A DNA stretch of 64,000 bases from Chiloscyllium plagiosum (taxonomy: Eukaryota): contig NC_057715.1 of NCBI RefSeq assembly GCF_004010195.1, positions 18,775,950 to 18,839,949 of the forward strand, given 5' to 3'. The stretch's first letter is position 1; each line of letters opens with the position of its first letter. Below the pieces are notes generated by a model. That model made no database searches, was not told the DNA's origin, and was given only the letters and a program-made list of their open reading frames with translations. The position numbers and the translations under genes were made by a program. Shown piece by piece: positions 60,436 to 64,000 of the stretch.

Positions 60436-61709
60436 AAATTCTGGCATATTATCATTGTATTTTCAAAATTGACCAATTCTTTATGGTGCATTTGAATTAA
60501 TAAAATGTTTCTTTGCTGTGAGAAGTTTGACGCCTTTTGCATTTCATTAATCATAGTAAAACCACCGTGTCCAATGCAAATTATTTGAATGTGGTAAGAT
60601 ACATACCTTTGAATTATTTACATTGATCAAAAGAAACTTAGGGTATGGTTCAGCTGATGGCTTTAAGGAATATTCACATCACTTTTTAATGTCAGCTTGC
60701 AGACTTCAAATCAGTGATGCGTGCTTAATATTATCATACTTGGGGCACAATAACTCATTTTGTGTGGTAATACTTAGTTTGACACATTCGTGCACATGTG
60801 CACACACGCAGATCCCTACATGGAACCAGTCTGATGAACTCCCACTGGGAACTTCTGCTTATCTCAAATGAATTGTCTCCAATACATATTTATTTAGTCT
60901 CAGGACATCCAAAGATCTCTTGAAGGCTTGTCCTAGTCTACATTACACCTAGTTTGTTATGTGAAATCCACAGAGAATTTTGTAAACAGTAACTAGGGAC
61001 ACACGTTTACCAAATGCCAGATGTCATTTGAGAATACAGGAAAAACAACAGGCTGTGAATCCATCTGCTCAGGATGCAGGCTTATGAACAGCTTAGGCTT
61101 AATGTTTCAATCCAGAAAGTAAATGCGAGCAAAGAAGACAAAGAATTTCTTACTTTTCTCCCACATCTTTGAGTGCTTTAATACAAGTGCATTTAATAAA
61201 AAAAACCCAGCAATATTTGTCAAGACCCATATGCTTTGATCAGTAGAAATGCTGGGTTGGAATTGGTTATTTTAGAGTCTGAAAGCTCTCTGAAAGCTTT
61301 CGCTTGATGTCCCTTATATCAATGCGAGAGCTGCATTATAAGAAAGGATTTTAATAGAATACCATAGGAGTGAATACATATAGGACAGAATGCATGCAGG
61401 CATGAAATCTAAAGAAAATATCCACAGAGCCAGAGAGTAGTCACAGAAATAGTGTGTGAATTGCTATGGTATACTTCCACATCTGTGCTGAAAAGGAAGA
61501 TAGTCTGAATTCAGTTATCTTTTTAAGGGGTTAGCAGTCCAAATGCAGATACACAAGGCATAACAACAATAACTTACATTAATGTGGTGCCAAGGTCTTT
61601 TGGCATATTGTCAGATATTAAGCCATAGGACAGAAAACAGAGCAGTCAACCAAAAGCTTGATGAATGAAATAACTGTTAATCAGCCTTTTAACAGAAGAG
61701 AAAGAGACA

Positions 61710-62210
61710 TTGGAATAGACTGGGCCATTTAGACTGCCCCATTGTTTGAGAACATGGCTGGTCATCTTTCCAATGCTATTTTCCCACACTATCCCCAAAT
61801 CCCTTGATGCCATCAGTTGATTAGAAAATCAGTGATTTCTGTTTTGAACCAGATCAACAATTGAGCTTGCACAGCCCTCTGGGCTAGAGAATTCGAAAGG
61901 TTGACTGTCGTCAAAGAACAGAAATTCCTCCTTATTTCAGTCTTAAAAATGGCCTGCCCCTTTATTCTGAGGTTACATCTCCTTGCTCTATACTGACCGT
62001 CCAGTGGAAACACCCCTGTCTACATCCACCCTATCAGGCCATATAAGAATTTTATATGTGCCAATGAGTTTACCTCTCATTCTTCAAAAACTTTAGGGAA
62101 CACATACCCATTCTCTTCATCAGAAAATCCCACCATCCAAGGCATTAATCTAGTGATCAATGGCAAGTATATAATTCCTCAGACAAGGGGAGCGTAACTA
62201 TATGCCATCC
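61710..62210 (-). mobile_element. CR1 3' fragment
   Basis: MFPLDGQYRARRCNLRIKG..KTEIRRNFCSLTTVNLSNSL. Confidence 0.8.
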
Positions 62211-64000
62211 TTCACACTTTTCAAGATGGCGGCATCAGCATGGCATGGCTCCTGAATCCATCTGCTCCAGGCCAGCGGCATCTTTTCTCCCCCTCCTTTT
62301 CATCTTTCTTTCTTTTCTTTCTTCATCTTTGAGTCTGAAGTGGTGTCAGTGGAGTGGATTGGGAGTCCTAGTGACGCTAGGCGCAGAGCAGGGCCTCCTG
62401 GCTGCATTAGGCGCAGAAGGTAGAATCTTGGTGGTGGCAGTGCCCAGAGTGACTTTGCTATGGTCAGTCATGGGACCCGTACCTGAACAATCCAGAGAGT
62501 AGGCCAATGTCAGTGCTGTGATCTAGGTCATACAGTTGGGAACATGGTAGTGGTACTGAACGGATATTAGTCAAGGGCCTGGTCACTTGTTGTCTGGCTA
62601 AGTCACTCAAGGGATGAACCACTGTCTGTCCTGGAGGGCTGGCTGCTACGGGTAAAAACGGGATTATTAGGTTCTATTGGTGTGGGAGAGAGGCCAGGGA
62701 ACTTAGTTGTGGCAATTGGAACTGGAATGCTTGGGTACAGAGGGTAAGAGTGAAGGAGGTGGGGAAGAGATCCTTATTGGAATGCTGGAAGTCCCTACCC
62801 CGGTATCTCCTCAGTTTTCTCCACCATTATACCAAACTGAAGAAGTCTTTCGAGTGTTGCAGATTTTCCGTGGTCTCCTCCCACTCCAGCAAGTGTGTGC
62901 AGGTAGGTCATCCCCCCTTACAACAGCAAGCTTACACCCCCATCCATCTCAGCACCATGCCACACCTCCCCTTTCATCCCGCAGACCCAGTAACCACCCT
63001 TCATTACCAACACGTGCTATCTGAGATGAGAAAGGAGAGGTGGCTACGATCCAAGTAAATTCAGAAGTAAGCTTGGCAGGCTGCAAAGTCCCTGGTAGTG
63101 AAGCAGCATTATTAAACCTTCCTTGCTTGCATAAACAAAGATCTTGAATTGCAAGCACTGCAGGAACTGTTATGGAACCGATGGTCGATGGATCAAAAGC
63201 AGAAGTTTTGCTGTGGAGTAGCAGGATCCTCTTTTTGCATAATAAATAAAAGCAAAAATATGTCACAGGGACAGCAGGGGAACATTTGTTTTGGTCATTA
63301 AGTATATTAATTTATTCATGCTATTTGCATAATTATTCCAGTGAATATTCATTTACTTGTATAACACAGTGAAGGACTTGGTAACTGATTGTTATCACTT
63401 AGATGCAATGTTCTGGAGCTTGCTCTTTATTTATATTCCGACAACTCTGTGCTTACATTATTAGGCCCAAGCTGTATGATGTCGTGCAGAAATTACAGAT
63501 ATGCAAAATATTAGTTCTGCAGTGACTGGCATTAGCTTAAATTATGAAGGCCTAATATTTCATTGGACCCATATACATTAAGCAAAACCGATGAGAGATG
63601 AATTTTTTGTGTTGGATCCTTGTTTGCAAATCACACTGACTGCACTACTGGAATTTGGCAGCTACTTGCTCACTGTCACATTGTAATTAACAGTCTGCCG
63701 AGGAAATGGGGAGAAGGTCACGCTCATGAACAATATCTGAAGTTTCATGTTCTCCCTATCTCAGGGATCTAATGCAATGCAGTCCATATTACAATGTATT
63801 CAAGGGCAGAAGGCTTTGAAGCTAAGGCCTATATTTCTTAAAGTATCTTTAATGCAGATGTTTCCATCTACTTTTCGATAGCCCCTTTTTGAAAAAAATG
63901 TATATTCAATGATTTTGCTCACAAAGGATCTTAGCAATTTCAAAGAGTAAAGCAACACCTCTTGCACTATTTTCTGGCCAGTCAAAATGCTTCCGACAAA

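Noticed and set aside
1-64000. CRISPR array, rRNA or prokaryotic operon
   Set aside because: There is no repeat-spacer periodicity, rRNA sequence or dense coding, and the content is vertebrate-type repeats.

Overview
This window is eukaryotic, repeat-dense, apparently non-coding DNA. The repeat set (HE1-like V-SINEs, Deu-domain SINEs, CR1, Rex1/Babar, Tx1 and Penelope-like elements) points to a cartilaginous fish, probably a shark; this is an inference. I found no convincing host protein-coding gene. Every recognisable ORF is a decayed retroelement or transposon fragment, and the window looks like a gene desert or large intron. The most striking signal is about 17 minimal type-I hammerhead ribozyme motifs or remnants (CUGANGA-stem II-GAAA-palindromic stem III-NUH). 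They fall into five sequence families (A-E), each tied to a Penelope-like (PLE) retroelement. Several are stand-alone ~110-130 bp ribozyme-headed insertions, three of them with target-site duplications (TSDs). PLE copies show inverted 5' tails, including an inverted pair that flanks the assembly gap inside a perfect 15-bp TSD. Other elements have inserted into hammerhead stem II. Further items are a locally templated inverted CR1 patch with microhomology at both ends, a LINE with a tRNA-like Pol III head and its short head-plus-tail derivatives, a decayed Harbinger-like element, a TAA-flanked MITE and a solo LTR. Coordinates were read by eye, ends of degraded repeats are approximate, and family names come from motif recognition rather than database searches.
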